Source of the DNA: Octopus sinensis
Taxonomy: Eukaryota
Reading direction: 5' to 3'
NCBI RefSeq assembly: GCF_006345805.1
Contig: NC_043007.1
Span: 31,744,001 to 31,808,000, forward strand
Length of the DNA: 64,000 bases
Below are positions 13,612-26,790 of this stretch, one piece after another (positions within the stretch are counted from its first letter, which is position 1; the number at the start of each line of letters is the position of its first letter). The notes beneath the pieces were generated by a model. It was not told the origin of the DNA. It did no database searches and worked only from the letters and a program-made list of their open reading frames with translations. Position numbers and translations under genes: made by a program.

Positions 13612-14299
13612 TGATAGGTCTGCTTAATCATAACTAACCTGGGGCTAAACAACAATTATGAGTTGTTGAACTAATATGAAAGGTATCTGACCTGCTAAAA
13701 ATAACAGTTGCATTTCCTTCCAATCACACCCTATCGATTAAAAAAAGAGAACATATGAAATAATGTTCTTCTTGAAACCCTGAGAAACAGATAGGGTTGT
13801 CATGGCTGGAAAGCCTTTGATTAAACAACAACATCTCTGAGTTGACCATTATCATTTATTAATTATTCAAGCCATGGACAGGGCAATCTAAGTTAAAGAA
13901 TTTAGGAATGGGGGTTTTTGTCACATTCTAAAGAACTGCTTGGATGTTTGTTGAGGGAGATTTTGGATCACATTGTGAGGTTGAATGCATAAATGTCACC
14001 TTGGATACTATGTGGAAGCCCATCATTTGAATGTGTGTGTGTATATATTATAATTATAACAAGGGCTTGGCTTACGTATCACTATGCACTATAAAAATAG
14101 ACGTCAAAAGACACTATTACCACTGTAAATTTTCCAAGAATATATGTGTGTATATATATATATATATATAATGATGATGATATACACACACACCCGCATG
14201 TACACACACACAAATATATATATATCCATGTGTGTGTGTTTGTGTGTATGTATACATATATATTTCAGTTTTTTATTTAAGCATAGTAATACTAATATC

Positions 14300-14600
14300 C
14301 TGAGTGTTGGTCATGTATGGAATTTTTGTCTGTAACCACTAACACACGTTGACATGCCTACAAAGTCAGAAAACAACACAGCTCCCATTAATTTTCGGAA
14401 ACATTTTTTCATGCTCAGAGTTGCTGAAGCATGGAATAAACTGCCTGCGTCAGTTGTTGACTGCCATGACACTGCATCCTTTAAGGCCCTCATGCTTTCC
14501 GAAATCCGCCGAAACTACACCTGATTATATATGCACTTTAGATGAGTTGTAGTGCACCTGAGCACTGTACACAATTATTATTATTATTATTATTATTATT
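14300..14600 (+). mobile_element. CR1-type LINE 3' end with (TAT)n tail
   Basis: FRKHFFMLRVAEAWNKLPASVVDCHDTASFK matches the CR1 C-terminal FF..RV...WN.LP motif. Confidence 0.75.
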
Positions 14601-15158
14601 AAATTACAGTGATGTAAATACACCAATGCCAGTTCTCAAATGGTGTGCGAGAACACACACACACACACACATGGAACGGGCTTCACTTTACCATTATATT
14701 CCAGTACACAAAACATTTTAGCAGTCATCTAATCTCAGTTGCTAATCTCTAAATTATCATTCCTGGTTCAAAAGAGCAACTCTGCTACACAGTACAGAGT
14801 TTCTTATCTAAAACTATTCTGGTATTTCCCATTCTTTCCCAATTTAATTTTATATTAAATTATTGATATTTTTGCCACATTTCCTCACATGTTTTTTCTT
14901 TCGGGTATTTTCCTCTCACAACTTTTTTTCTTCAGTGTATTTCCTATTCGACTTTTCCCAGTCGTTATCTAAACAGCCTTAATTATCATTTTACTGTACT
15001 ATCTACCGGTTCTTTTTCTTGGTATCCTCAATCAGAGCTGGCCTTTGACCACCACACAAGAACTGTCCAGTTTTTCTCTTTTGTACCGTTTATTTCATTT
15101 TTGTGAGATTCTTGATGTGAACTTTGTGTTTTCAAATGGATTTTGTCTTATTTGGCAG

Positions 15159-15190
15159 AATCATTATGCCAATAAGACATACATGAACTG
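15159..15190 (+). CDS. Candidate internal exon of an unidentified gene
   Basis: Acceptor ttttgtcttatttggcag|, then NHYANKTYMN+TG, then a weak donor |gttctt. Its phase links the flanking exons. Confidence 0.38.
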
Positions 15191-15205
15191 GTTCTTTTTC
15201 ATTTC

Positions 15206-15245
<40 letters not shown>

Positions 15246-15318
15246 TGTCAGCTAAGACAGCAAGCTGGCAGAATTGTTAGCATGCCAGAGAAAATGCTTA
15301 GCGGCATTTCACCCATAC

Positions 15319-15837
<519 letters not shown>

Positions 15838-16990
15838 GGTTAAATAATTGATGAATTAATAATAATTATTAAAGAAATAAAACAGAAACAGTGTTGGGTT
15901 TATCCTTTTCTACTGTAGGCACAAGGCCCGAAATTTGGGGAGAGAAGGCCAGTTGATTAGATCGACTCCAGAACGCAACTGGTACTTAATTTATCAACCC
16001 CGAAAGGCTGAAAGGCAAAGTCGACCTCAGCGGAATTTGAACTCAAAACGTATAGACAGACAAAATACCGCTAAGCATTTCACCTGGCGTGCTAACGTTT
16101 CTGCCAGATTGCCATCTTTGAGTGTTGTGTTTATTATTAACATAATGACCCTCCCAAAATGCAACAAAAAATGTTTTATTTATTTATCCTTCACTCTCAT
16201 TTCTGTTAATTAGTTCTGTCTTCAGTTAATTATACCCTTATTAGTAGTTCATCCTTGAACTGTTACAGCTCTACGATGTGATGGTTCGTATGAAGAATTC
16301 TCTTTGATATTTCTCTGCTTCTTAGTCATATTGCAAGCATGTTGTATTTCCTTCCGCAATTCCATAAAACATTTTCAATTTTTGTTCAGAGCCACCCTGT
16401 TGTGTTATGTTTTCTGATCCCCACCCCTGCTGTTTTACCTCGGAACTCTTCCCTTATCTTTTCATGTTTACCTAAATCTATTCCTTTACATTTGTGATGT
16501 TACCCAGAAATTCTTCCCTGCACCTCATTATTCCTTACCAAACCACACTATTGTCTTAACATGCTCATATTTCTTTTTCATTATTATTATTTTTTTGTTT
16601 TTTATGTATTTCTCCATTTTTGCTGAAACCTAATATCTTTGTATTCGTTTTTAGCATTCTATACCTGAGCTGAGTTGGTGGCTGAAGCTAAACCCTGTAT
16701 TTGATGGCACAAAAGACACAGGAATATTAAATAATATCCCAATCTCAGCTGCACACAATTTCAAGGAAGAGTTTTTAGTGCTTCAAAGCCTGTAATATAG
16801 GTCCAACTTCATATAAAGGATCCAGGTTGAATTTTTGGGGACATTTTTGTGGGGACTAAAAGAGTATTTTATATACCATCAAATATGATATATCGTTACT
16901 GGAAATCCTTCTCAAGGGTCTCATTTACATTTCTCCAAACAATAAAGATTTTTTTTTCTTTTAACTCCTGTTTTATTCTTTCCTTTTCAG

Positions 16991-17043
16991 GTTGAGTTTT
17001 CTAGACTGTCAAGACCGGTTACGAAAGCAAATTAAGAAACATG
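16991..17043 (+). CDS. Candidate internal exon of an unidentified gene
   Basis: Strong acceptor ttccttttcag| and strong donor ATG|gtaagta. Reads (W)LSFLDCQDRLRKQIKKH+G. Confidence 0.6.
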
Positions 17044-17844
17044 GTAAGTAGTATTTGAAAATGCTTAATTAAAAGCCATCAAAATCTGATTGTCATTTAC
17101 TTAGCTCCTTTCACTCATATATTCTTATTGTAGTGAATATTAAATACATGTATTTATTTGGTAGTCTGTAGTTGATATAATTGTCTCTTTTCTAACTAAT
17201 ATTCTGCCTCAACGAATTCCATCTGACCCATGCAGGGGAAAAGTGGATGTTAAAACGATGATTACGATAATGACAATGACAATGAGGACTGTAAATTTAA
17301 CGACGGTTCTGATAAGCACCACACTGGGTAACACTATCTGCACCATTTATTAGATCTCTGGTGCAATAGATAAGTAATGCAGGATTACAAATAGTTAAAA
17401 ACTCAGTACAAAGGAACATATTGCAACAGGTGTATACATATACTCATCATCACCATCATCATCATCCTCATCATCATAAATTTAATGTCTACTTTTCTAT
17501 GTTTGCATGGGTCATATGTACACACCATCATCATCAGATTGGGCCTGGTGCAGCCTTCCAGCGTGCCACCCTCATCGAACCATCCAACCCATGCCAACAT
17601 GGACAACGGATGTTAAATGATGATAGTGATGATACATACATACATACACACATATATATATATATATATAATAAATATTAGGGAATAAATCCAAATTTAC
17701 AGGGAAAAAATCAGATTTAGGATTAAATCGATTTTATAGTAAAATATTATAAAATATTATTCGAGACAAAACCACTATTTTGCAAAACAAACAAGGAAAG
17801 ACTTAATCAATACATAAAATTTTAATAAATAGTCAAAAAAACCG

Positions 17845-17887
17845 CCACTACAATCGTTTCTTGTCTTGATCGACAATCTTCAGGTGG
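17845..17887 (-). ncRNA. Minimal hammerhead ribozyme motif (mirror copy in the palindrome)
   Basis: Exact reverse complement of 17951-17993. Confidence 0.72.
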
Positions 17888-17950
17888 ACTTCCAATAATT
17901 CAGTGTCAAATTATGAAGTCTTCATAATTTGACACTGAATTATTGGAAGT

Positions 17951-17993
17951 CCACCTGAAGATTGTCGATCAAGACAAGAAACGATTGTAGTGG
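17951..17993 (+). ncRNA. Minimal type I hammerhead ribozyme motif
   Basis: CCAC-CTGAAGA-TTGTC(GATCAA)GACAA-GAAA-C(GATT)G-TA-GTGG. Full core, 5-bp stem II, short stem III, GUA cleavage triplet and 4-bp helix I. Confidence 0.75.
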
Positions 17994-18080
17994 CGGTTTT
18001 TTTGACTATTTATTAAAATTTTATGTATTGATTAAGTCTTTCCTTGTTTGTTTTGCAAAATAGTGGTATTGTCTCGAATA

Positions 18081-18119
<39 letters not shown>

Positions 18120-18775
18120 TGCTAATATAGGATAAATTTTTTTTCCAGAAACAATTTCATCAATAAGTGGCAGCATATTAAAATACCTTTAAAGGTGAAA
18201 ATTAAAAACAATTTATAAACAAGGGCAAAAGAAAAAATATTTCCATGCCAATATGCTGTGAACAGACTTTAAATCGTCAATCATCACATTACAATATACA
18301 ACGAATGTATATTGTAATGCATTTGTACACCAACAGGAACCACTTTTTGGACAGTTATGGTCCCCGTTAGTGTGTTTTCATTCATGTGCATTAAATGCAA
18401 TATTAGAGCGGTTTAGCTCTTATTTCTAGCAATATTGGTGTTTCCTAACACCCTAGTCGCATTTAGTGACATTTTTAATTCTCATTTTTGGTGAAACATT
18501 GTAATTTGGTGTCTATATTAACTTTATATACACACACATATGGGGCAGCTGATGGATAAATCACAATTATAAAGGGGAACGGTGCAAAAACCCTTGCATG
18601 TCCAGAAACACTAGTCAAAACCACCATAAGGCCATTGTAAGCACTCGCATTGTATCTCTTCACAATAAAGCTGTCAGCAAGCAACATGACATAAAATTCA
18701 AAACTTAGAAATAAAAGGTTAATTCCCTATTGCAATTTCGAAGTTAGGAATCTAAAGGTACCTTTCTTCTTTCAG

Positions 18776-18801
18776 GAGAATATTCCTGTAGATATACATA
18801 G
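18776..18801 (+). CDS. Candidate terminal coding exon of an unidentified gene
   Basis: Acceptor ctttcttctttcag|, then (G)EYSCRYT*. Followed by an AT-rich UTR-like stretch with AATAAA at 19135-19140. Confidence 0.5.
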
Positions 18802-19134
18802 ACCCCAAAAAAACATACCTTGGGGCTTACATGTGTCCCGACCAGCAAGAAAAATGTGTCAACCTCTATCTACACATTCAAATTCTGAATTCCAGCTTTT
18901 CGTATTATACCCTTACCTGTTTGGCATTTCTTTATCTTCTGTCATTTGGATACTGAATAATTTTTCTTTTTGTTTTTTTCTTTTTTGTAGAGAAAGAATT
19001 AACGGCTCTTCAATATGAAAACATCAAAAGTATGGTGCTGGCAGCTATTTTCTTTGGAATCCTATGTATAATATATGCAATCATTCACATCAGATGACTG
19101 CTACCGGCAGAATATTCAATGTAAAGCTATACAA

Positions 19135-19140
19135 AATAAA
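19135..19140 (+). terminator. Candidate polyadenylation signal of the unidentified gene
   Basis: AATAAA about 335 nt after the stop codon, followed by T-rich sequence. Confidence 0.35.
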
Positions 19141-20170
19141 TACGTTTTATAAGAATTGGAATTTGTTTTTATTCAGAATATCAAATGAGCGTGACTTGTG
19201 TCTTTTATCTTTTACGTGTTCCAGCCATTGAACTGTGGCCATGCTGGGGCACCACCTTAAACAACACCCAGTGCCACTCTGTAAAGTGGTTGGTGTTAGG
19301 ATGTGCGTCCAGCCGTAGAAACGAGGGTGCAAGGTGCTGCTCCCTGGCCTTGCCAAACTGTCCAACCCATGACAGCATGGAAGACAGATATTAAAATGAT
19401 AATGTTGATGATGACAATGATGATGATGATGTTGCTTATTCTGTCAGCTTCTTTTGCTGAACTAGTAAGTTACAGGGGTCATAAACAAACCAACACTGTT
19501 AAGCAGTGGGGTAAACAAATATAGATATTAGCCATCTAATATATATACGTCTGGCACCTGTGCGGGTGGCACGTAAAAAGCACCCACTACACTCACGGAG
19601 TGGTTGGCGTTAGGAAGGGCATCAAGCTGTAGAAACACTGCCAGATTTGACTAGGCCTGATGAAGCCTTCTGGCTTCACAGACCCCAGTAGAACCGTCCA
19701 ACCCATGCTAGCATGGAAAACGGACGCTAAACGATGATGACGTATGAATATATATATATATGTGTGTGTGTGTGTATATATATATATACGGTATATATAT
19801 ATATATATATATATATGTGTGCGTGTGTTGTTGGCACGTAAAAAGCACCCATTGCACTCACGTAGTGGTTGGCATTAGGAAGGGCATCCAGCCGTAGAAA
19901 CATTGCCAGATCAGACTGGGCCTGGTGCAGCCTTCTGGCTTCCCAGACCCCAGTTGAACCGTCCAACCCATGCTAGCAGGGAAAGCGGACGCTAAATGAT
20001 GATGATGATGATTTATTTATATATATATATAAATAAATAATTAAAAATAAGCAACAAGAATGACTTATTTTTTATTATAATCACCCCGCAAATTTTTATG
20101 GGTAACACCATACAAAATTCTGGTGCATCTAAATTAAGTATCATATTCATTTGAATCTAAATTGTTGCTG

Positions 20171-20199
<29 letters not shown>

Positions 20200-20208
<9 letters not shown>

Positions 20209-21235
20209 CATATATGTACGTCCATATATATATGCATATATGGGTACAGGATGTCATAAAATGTAAACAACATGAAATACGAACTTCTTCTGTGAACAAC
20301 GAAAGAAACAAATGGAAAACAAGTCAAGTAACATAAAGAACGACCCTTCATCAGTTGTTGGCTGTTTTTTTTTTACTTCGTATTTCAAGCAATTACAACA
20401 AGATGTGTCTTCAAGAAAACAGTTGCTCCTGCAAAGCAAAACAAAATTTGGGATTTGTGGAGGGTCAAAGTTGATACTAAAAACAAGACAGTGAAAACAA
20501 ACAGTAAGGGCTACTAAGCCATAATGAGGTGAGGTGGCATCGCTGGAGGAACAAGTTTTGACAGGAAAAAAGATAGGTGAGGAGACAGACAAAGATTTTA
20601 CGATCTGTGTGGCAGATTAAAAGGAAAGAAAGAAGCTCAAGGTAAGGAAAGAAAGATGGCCAATGGTCACGTGTGAGCAACAAGAAAGTAAAGGAAGAGT
20701 GAGAAAGAGAAGGACAGATAGAGAATGGTGAAGGGGAGAGGGAAAGAATTAGAAAAAGGATGAGAAAAAACGAAAGGGGAGATAAAAAGAATTAGAGAAA
20801 GGAAGGGAGAAGAGAACAGTAAGATAGAGTCACATCGGAATTAAGATAAACTTACTTGGAAATGGATGCGTGGCATTCAATCATATAATAATATAAATAA
20901 TATATATACATACATATATGTATATACATATGCATATATAACAGGAAGCTTTACGGAAATAAACAAAAGACGAAGGCGTACAGGACATCATAAAATGTAA
21001 ACAACATGAAATATAAAATAAGAAAACATGGAATATGAACTTATTTTTGTGAACAATGAGAGAAACAAATGGAAAACAAGACAAGCAACATAAAGAACGA
21101 CCCTTCATCAGTTGTCGGTTGTTTATCTATTCCACGTTTCGAGCAATTACGACAAGATATGTCTTCGAGAAAACGGTTGCTCCCACAAAGCATACACATG
21201 CACACATACACACACACACATACATACATATGTAT
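20200..21235. mobile_element. Two direct copies of an unclassified microsatellite-associated repeat
   Basis: 20250-20440 and 20975-21190 share aaatgtaaacaacatgaaat ... aacataaagaacgacccttcatcagttg. Confidence 0.65.
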
Positions 21236-21261
21236 CTATCTATATATATATATATATATAT

Positions 21262-21329
<68 letters not shown>

Positions 21330-22084
21330 ATAGATGTAAATGGACATAGTTTTTTTGTATGTAGGGTCTTCCATACTTTTTTTTACTTTTTTTACAAAAG
21401 TGAAAGGATTTCGTCCATTCTTTTCCACTGTCCAACTTCAACGGTTTTTAAATTGACAAGGAACACTGTACGCGAAGAATATCCAACACCAAACAATCTT
21501 AATCTCCATATTTAAACTGCGTTAAACTTTGGTAAGCTTACCTTTACCTATTCTGAGTTAATTGAAAGGTAATGTTCCCTTCCCTCTCTTCTATTTGTTC
21601 ACCTCCCATTGCATGGTTTCACCTAAAGGATGCTTATTTACTCATCCATTATGATATTCCGACTGTTGTCTAATGTTTCCAATACGTTTTAGCATTGTCG
21701 TTCTAACCCTTTTTAAACAATCTCCCGTGATTCATCCCTTTAAATAATCAACCTTTAAACAAGAGGTTTGCTTCCACCTGCTAAAGCTTTATGTGTCTTC
21801 CAGAAAGATCCTCCCCAATTTAACTTTATGCGGCATTCACTGTTAGTTTATGTGCAGACTATGTGGAAAGACAGAATAAAGGGGCTTTTATTCGTTTATC
21901 TCTTCAAAAAAATAGCTCCCTTTGCTGTTAAATAAAATAAACTCACAGAGGGGAAGTTTCAACATCTTCCTTCAATTTCCTTCCACCATTTCTGTGGCTG
22001 TTTCTGACAAGAATTTTCGCTTTCGTGTAAAACAACTACATTTTGTAGTCATTATCCATAATCTTTTTCTACTTAATTTATTAA

Positions 22085-22380
22085 CCCCGAAAGGATGAAA
22101 GGCAAAGTCGACCTCGGCGGAATTTGAACTCAGAACGTAAAGACAGACGAAATACCAATTTCTTTACTACCCACAAGGGGCTAAACACAGAGAGGACAAA
22201 CAAGGACAGACAAAGGGATTAAGTCGATTATATCGACCCCAGTGCGTAACTGGTACTTAATTTATCGACCCCGAAAGGATGAGAGGCAAAGCCGACCATG
22301 GCGGAATTTGAACTTAGAACGTACAGACAGATGAAATACCGCTAAGCATTTCGTCCGGCGTGATAACGATTCTGCCAGCA
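22085..22380 (-). mobile_element. SINE family B with a duplicated module
   Basis: Reverse-complement family B sequence. Further copies lie at about 15912-16105, 36104-36545, 40545-40745, 56968-57135 and 57519-57795. Confidence 0.85.
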
Positions 22381-22959
22381 GCTCTACTTTGCATCGCTTG
22401 CAAACTTATATGTTCTATGATCATTAAAGTGAAATGGCATCCACAATAGCTGGCTTTCAATTTGAATATCCGTTCCTAGGTCAATCGGAAACATAGATTG
22501 CCATGCTACGCATAAACCTTCTAGGAAGTTCGATTATTTGGTGAAAAAAATACCAAAGAACAGGGGCAATTGCTAGTTTTGAATAAAATAGTAATTTTCC
22601 CCTTTAAGAAAAAAAATCCCATGATTCAAAAAAAATCTCATAAAAATATAGGGAGAATTTCTATCTATCAGTCCATGGGACTTGTAATTTGTATATTATG
22701 ACTAAGGGTAACAACAAACAAGATGAGGACAAATATCCGTCAAATGTAAATAATGTACATAATTCCTCATCTCTTAAATATAGAACTGTAATAGGAGTTC
22801 TTTTGTGGTAATTGCATGTCCAACCCTTGGCTCGTATGAGAGGGTGCTGAAAGTTTCTAGCTTTAAGGGTGTCGCGAAAGGCCTGGCTGGAGGCTCAACC
22901 ATCCAAGTTCTTTTAAAGGGCTTAGAAAAACTGAAGGACTGCTGCAATAGAGGAAAATA

Positions 22960-23311
22960 TCTCTCTATATATAAACGGCAAAATGTCTGCGTGCGTGTCC
23001 TTTATACAAATCCACAATTTTTCAGTTAGAGGGCTCGCACTTTCTATGGTCATTCAAAACCGTCCAAGGGTGGTCGTGCACACCTCTACATTTCCCCAGT
23101 CATCCCGCAAAGCCATTAAAAAATCAATAGAAGTGACTTTTTTGTGAATTTTCTATCCAAAACCTAATCAAAATGCCCGAAACTTGATACGCCGATTGAA
23201 TGCCAGCTAGCTGTATGTGATTGGGCCGAGATTTGGACAGTACTCGCGTGTATGTGCGCACGCACGCATGCACTAACACTATGACCCGGCGTTGCCGGGT
23301 CATAGTGCTAG
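22960..23311 (+). mobile_element. Non-autonomous Helitron
   Basis: Starts TC after an A, and ends with a perfect 14-bp hairpin CACTATGACCCGGC-gtt-GCCGGGTCATAGTG followed by CTAG before a T (A|T insertion site). Confidence 0.8.
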
Positions 23312-23823
23312 TGTGGAATAAAATCATAATTAACTAATCCTCTCGTATTTTCTTTTACCTAGAACCAGGAACTTTTCAGCATCCCCTTGTAAGGGCTGAT
23401 TGAAAAAAGTGGATAAGGTTTCTTTAGCATCCCCAACACTAGTTCAACTGTTTGTGTATCTCTTTCTCCCCCTCCCACTACATTGCAACTGTTAGTCTTT
23501 CTCCATCCATTTGATGCATCCCTGTTTTAACAGAGATCTCCTTATTCCTTGTCCATGGATTAATTTGAAATGTGTTTTAATCTGTGCTCATGCCAAATGT
23601 GGTAAATATTAGTTGAGAAACAGTCGAAATCATTGTACATTTTGTGTGTGTGTGTGTGTAGGCACAAGCATGGGTGTCTTTAAGAAACTTGGTTCCCATC
23701 CATGTGGTTTTGGGTTCAGTCCCACTGAGTGGCACCTTGAACAAGTGTCTTCTATAGCTCCAGGCCAACCATGATCTTGTGAGTGGATTTGGCAGATGGA
23801 GTCTGAAAGAAGCCATTTGTGCA

Positions 23824-23865
<42 letters not shown>

Positions 23866-23950
23866 GTGTGTGTGTGTGTTTGTATGTGTCCTTGTCTAGA
23901 CATCATATGATGGTTGTAAAAAGGTAAAGATCCCCTTCGGTCATGAATGA

Positions 23951-24152
23951 ATTTATTTACTGCCCACAAGGGGCTAAACATAGTGGGGACAAACAAGGAC
24001 AGACAAAGGGATTAAGTCGATTATATTGACGCCAGTGGGAACCTGGTACTTTATTTAGCGACCCCGAAAGGATGAAAGGCAAAGTCGACCATGGCGGAAT
24101 TTGAACTCAGAACGTAACGACAGACGAAATACGGCTACGCATTTCGCCCGGC
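23951..24152 (-). mobile_element. 5'-truncated SINE B inserted into a family D SINE
   Basis: Flanked by an 11-bp duplication GTCATGAATGA at 23940-23950 and 24153-24163. Confidence 0.85.
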
Positions 24153-24479
24153 GTCATGAATGACCATGGGGTTGCACCTAGAAAGTTCCTCTCCAAGGCA
24201 CCAGTCCGGGGTCAAGGTTGTCTATGGAAGACCAGCAGTCGCCCATGCATATCAACTTCCTTTCTCCACCCCACCAATGTTATCCAAGGGAAAGGCAAAG
24301 GGATCGATACAACTTGGCACAAATGACATCACAACTCATTTCTACAGATGAGGGAACTGGAGCAACATGAAATAAAGTGTCTTGCTCAACAACACAGCAC
24401 ATAGCCTTGTCCAGGAATTGAACTCACTACTTCATGATTGTGAGCCTGATGCCCTAACCACTGTACCATGTGCATTTAT

Positions 24480-24745
24480 AACCATGATGGATATAAATGA
24501 GCAAATCAAGAGAACATCTATGATCATTCTGGTCGTATAATTTTGCCACTGTTAATCTCAGTTGGCCAGCCAGAGTGAGGAACAAAATATGTCCTGATTG
24601 AAATCTTGAAAACCACTTTTGGCTCACATATTCCCTAATAGAATCCTCTCCAGGGACAGCACATATCTTCCTGCAGAGTTCTGCCATTTTCTTTTTAATT
24701 TTTGAAACAAAAAAGCACAACAAGGTGTCAACAATATTCATTTTG
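24480..24745 (-). mobile_element. Mariner transposase N-terminal HTH remnant
   Basis: AELCRKICAVPGEDSIREYVSQKWFSRFQSG resembles the mariner HTH segment (…ICAVYGE…QKWF.RF.SG). Confidence 0.6.
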
Positions 24746-25561
24746 GTTCTCCATTTTCAGGCTGATCCCAAGCACCCAACATGCAGTTTGTTTCCTTGCA
24801 AGTTCATCTCACACAATACTGAAGTGTCAAGTATCTGTTGAGTGTACAAGTGTCTATTGAGACATGTGCAGGGGACAGACTGAAGTTAGCTAATTATTAG
24901 AATGCTTGAACTTCAGTTTTGACAGACATACCAGCTTTTTTTGGTCAACTGACAATATATATGTATACATATATATTATTCAAAGGAATTCCAAGTCTGC
25001 TTTTTATGTTTTATTTATATTCTTTATAATATTAATGTAGAATATAGAATATATAGTATAAATACACTGAGATGCTGCACAAAGTTTTGTCAGTGAAGAG
25101 GTTGCGGTCTCAAAGCGACGGAAATATTTTGAAAAATTAAATTTAAATGTTGAAGTGAATCTAACGGTTTTTGTGGGTTTCTTAAATGGCTTATAAACAC
25201 CTTCCACGCTGCAATTGTTTTCATTCCAGCACACGATTTCAGATCAGGTCACTTGCTATGCAAGTACACATTCGTAACCCCAGTGTAAATTGTATATATA
25301 GTAAAATGAAATGAGTATTGATTGTCTTATTGAATAGATGAAATATTGAATATCAAATATTAAGGGACTAGTATACTTTCTTGCATTTAAGCAGTCTTCA
25401 AGGTCCCAGGTTGTGACAGGAGTGTTTCAACAATCTATCTATATATATATATATATATGTAGATATGCATAGGGCCATACAAACATACACATGTCATACA
25501 TTTAAATATATATATATGAATATATATGACACATACATACATACACATACTCACACACACA

Positions 25562-25610
<49 letters not shown>

Positions 25611-26001
25611 TACATACATTTAGTGAAGATGAAGCCCAGTGAGAGACAGAAAGGCAGAGAGACAGACAGAGTGAGAGAGGCTAAATTCTTGAGGAAAATA
25701 TGCGTGTGTGTGTGTGTCTGTGTGTACACAGCTCATCTCAGATTCTTGACGAATAAGCACTCACTGTGTATTCTGGGATATTTGCTGTTTATTCAAACCG
25801 TTTCTGTGTGTCTATTTGATTAGTGTGATTACTGGTTAAATATTGTTTTATTTGATTAAACTCTTCACGTAACGAATGCGTTTTAAGTAGCTAATACCAG
25901 TCCAAGAGCTGTTACCTTTCCACTAATGTCATTGGCTACCGCATTCATTCCAACCATTATTCTTCGACTCTGAGCAACACAAGATATTCTTACATATAAC
26001 C

Positions 26002-26148
26002 ATGACAACGACGATAATCTTCCTGTTTTTATCTGTTGTTGCGACTGAGAAAATCCCAATACCATACAACATAATTAGAGACTTTAAAGGAATTGTACCA
26101 GTGAAGATATTTACGGCAAACGAACTCAAAGACTATGGAGGGGCTGAT
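26002..26148 (+). CDS. NENF: Neudesin exon 1 (signal-peptide-like N-terminus and start of the Cyt-b5-like domain)
   Basis: Encodes MTTTIIFLFLSVVATEKIPIPYNIIRDFKGIVPVKIFTANELKDYGGAD, which matches neudesin PVRLFTEEELARYGGEE. Phase-0 donor GAT|gtgagt. An additional upstream exon is not excluded. Confidence 0.88.
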
Positions 26149-26214
26149 GTGAGTACAAAGTCTTCTGCAATTTTCAATTATACTTGCCATTTATTTAAAA
26201 AAACTGAGCTTAAG

Positions 26215-26445
26215 CAGTGTTTCTCAACTGGAGTCCACATAACCTTTGGTGGTGGGGGTCTTTATAAGATTTGGTCATTGGTTATATTTCTATAGTACAA
26301 AAAATATTTTAATGGGTTTGTTTATATGACTAATAATGGTATTTAATTATGAAAGTACAATAGGATTCTTAAATACCGAATGGTTATGGGGGTGCACCTG
26401 GGAAAAATAGGGATGAAAGGGGTCCATAGGGAAAGAGAACCACTC
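26215..26445. mobile_element. Decayed hAT-type MITE just after NENF exon 1
   Basis: cagtgtttctcaac ... gagaaccact termini, similar to the other hAT MITEs in the window. Confidence 0.5.
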
Positions 26446-26479
26446 TGCTAAATCAACATCATTATCTTCATCATTTAAC

Positions 26480-26790
26480 TCTGTGTGTGTGTGTCTGCAT
26501 GTGTGTGTGTTTGTGTCTGCGTGTCTGTCTATGTATGCATGTGTGCGTGTGTCTGTGTTTGTGTGTGTGTCTGCATGTATGTGTCTGTGTGTCTGTCTAT
26601 GTATGCATGTGTGTGTGTGTATTTGTGTGTGTGTTTGTGTCTGCATGTGTATGTCTGAGTGTCTGTCTATGTGTGCGTGTGTGTGTTTTGTGTGTGCGTG
26701 TGTGTTTGTGTCTGTGTTTGTGTGTGTGTCTGCATGTGTGTGTTTGAGTGTCTGTCTATGTATGCATGTATGTGTGTGTGTGTGTGTGCG
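26480..26790. repeat. Degenerate (TG)n/(TGTC)n microsatellite
   Basis: Read directly from the sequence. Confidence 0.93.

Larger units (their letters stand above)
17670..18090. mobile_element. Penelope-like element terminus in inverted (palindromic) arrangement, between (TA)n tracts
   Basis: 171-bp arms (17748-17918 and 17920-18090) with one mismatch, a one-sided extension on the left, hammerhead motifs and (TA)n flanks. The Penelope assignment is an inference. Confidence 0.6.

Noticed and set aside
20340-21160. CTGATGA motifs on the minus strand in the 20.2-21.2 kb repeats as hammerheads
   Set aside because: No paired stem II followed by GAAA, and no convincing type II/III arrangement.
21537-21548. 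Palindromic GGTAAGCTTACC giving splice-donor consensus on both strands
   Set aside because: No supporting coding exon or acceptor was found on either strand; it may be chance.
24781-24850. Possible non-coding upstream exon of NENF (ttttcag|...CAA|gtatct)
   Set aside because: It has splice-like ends, but there is no reading-frame or homology support, so it cannot be validated from sequence alone.
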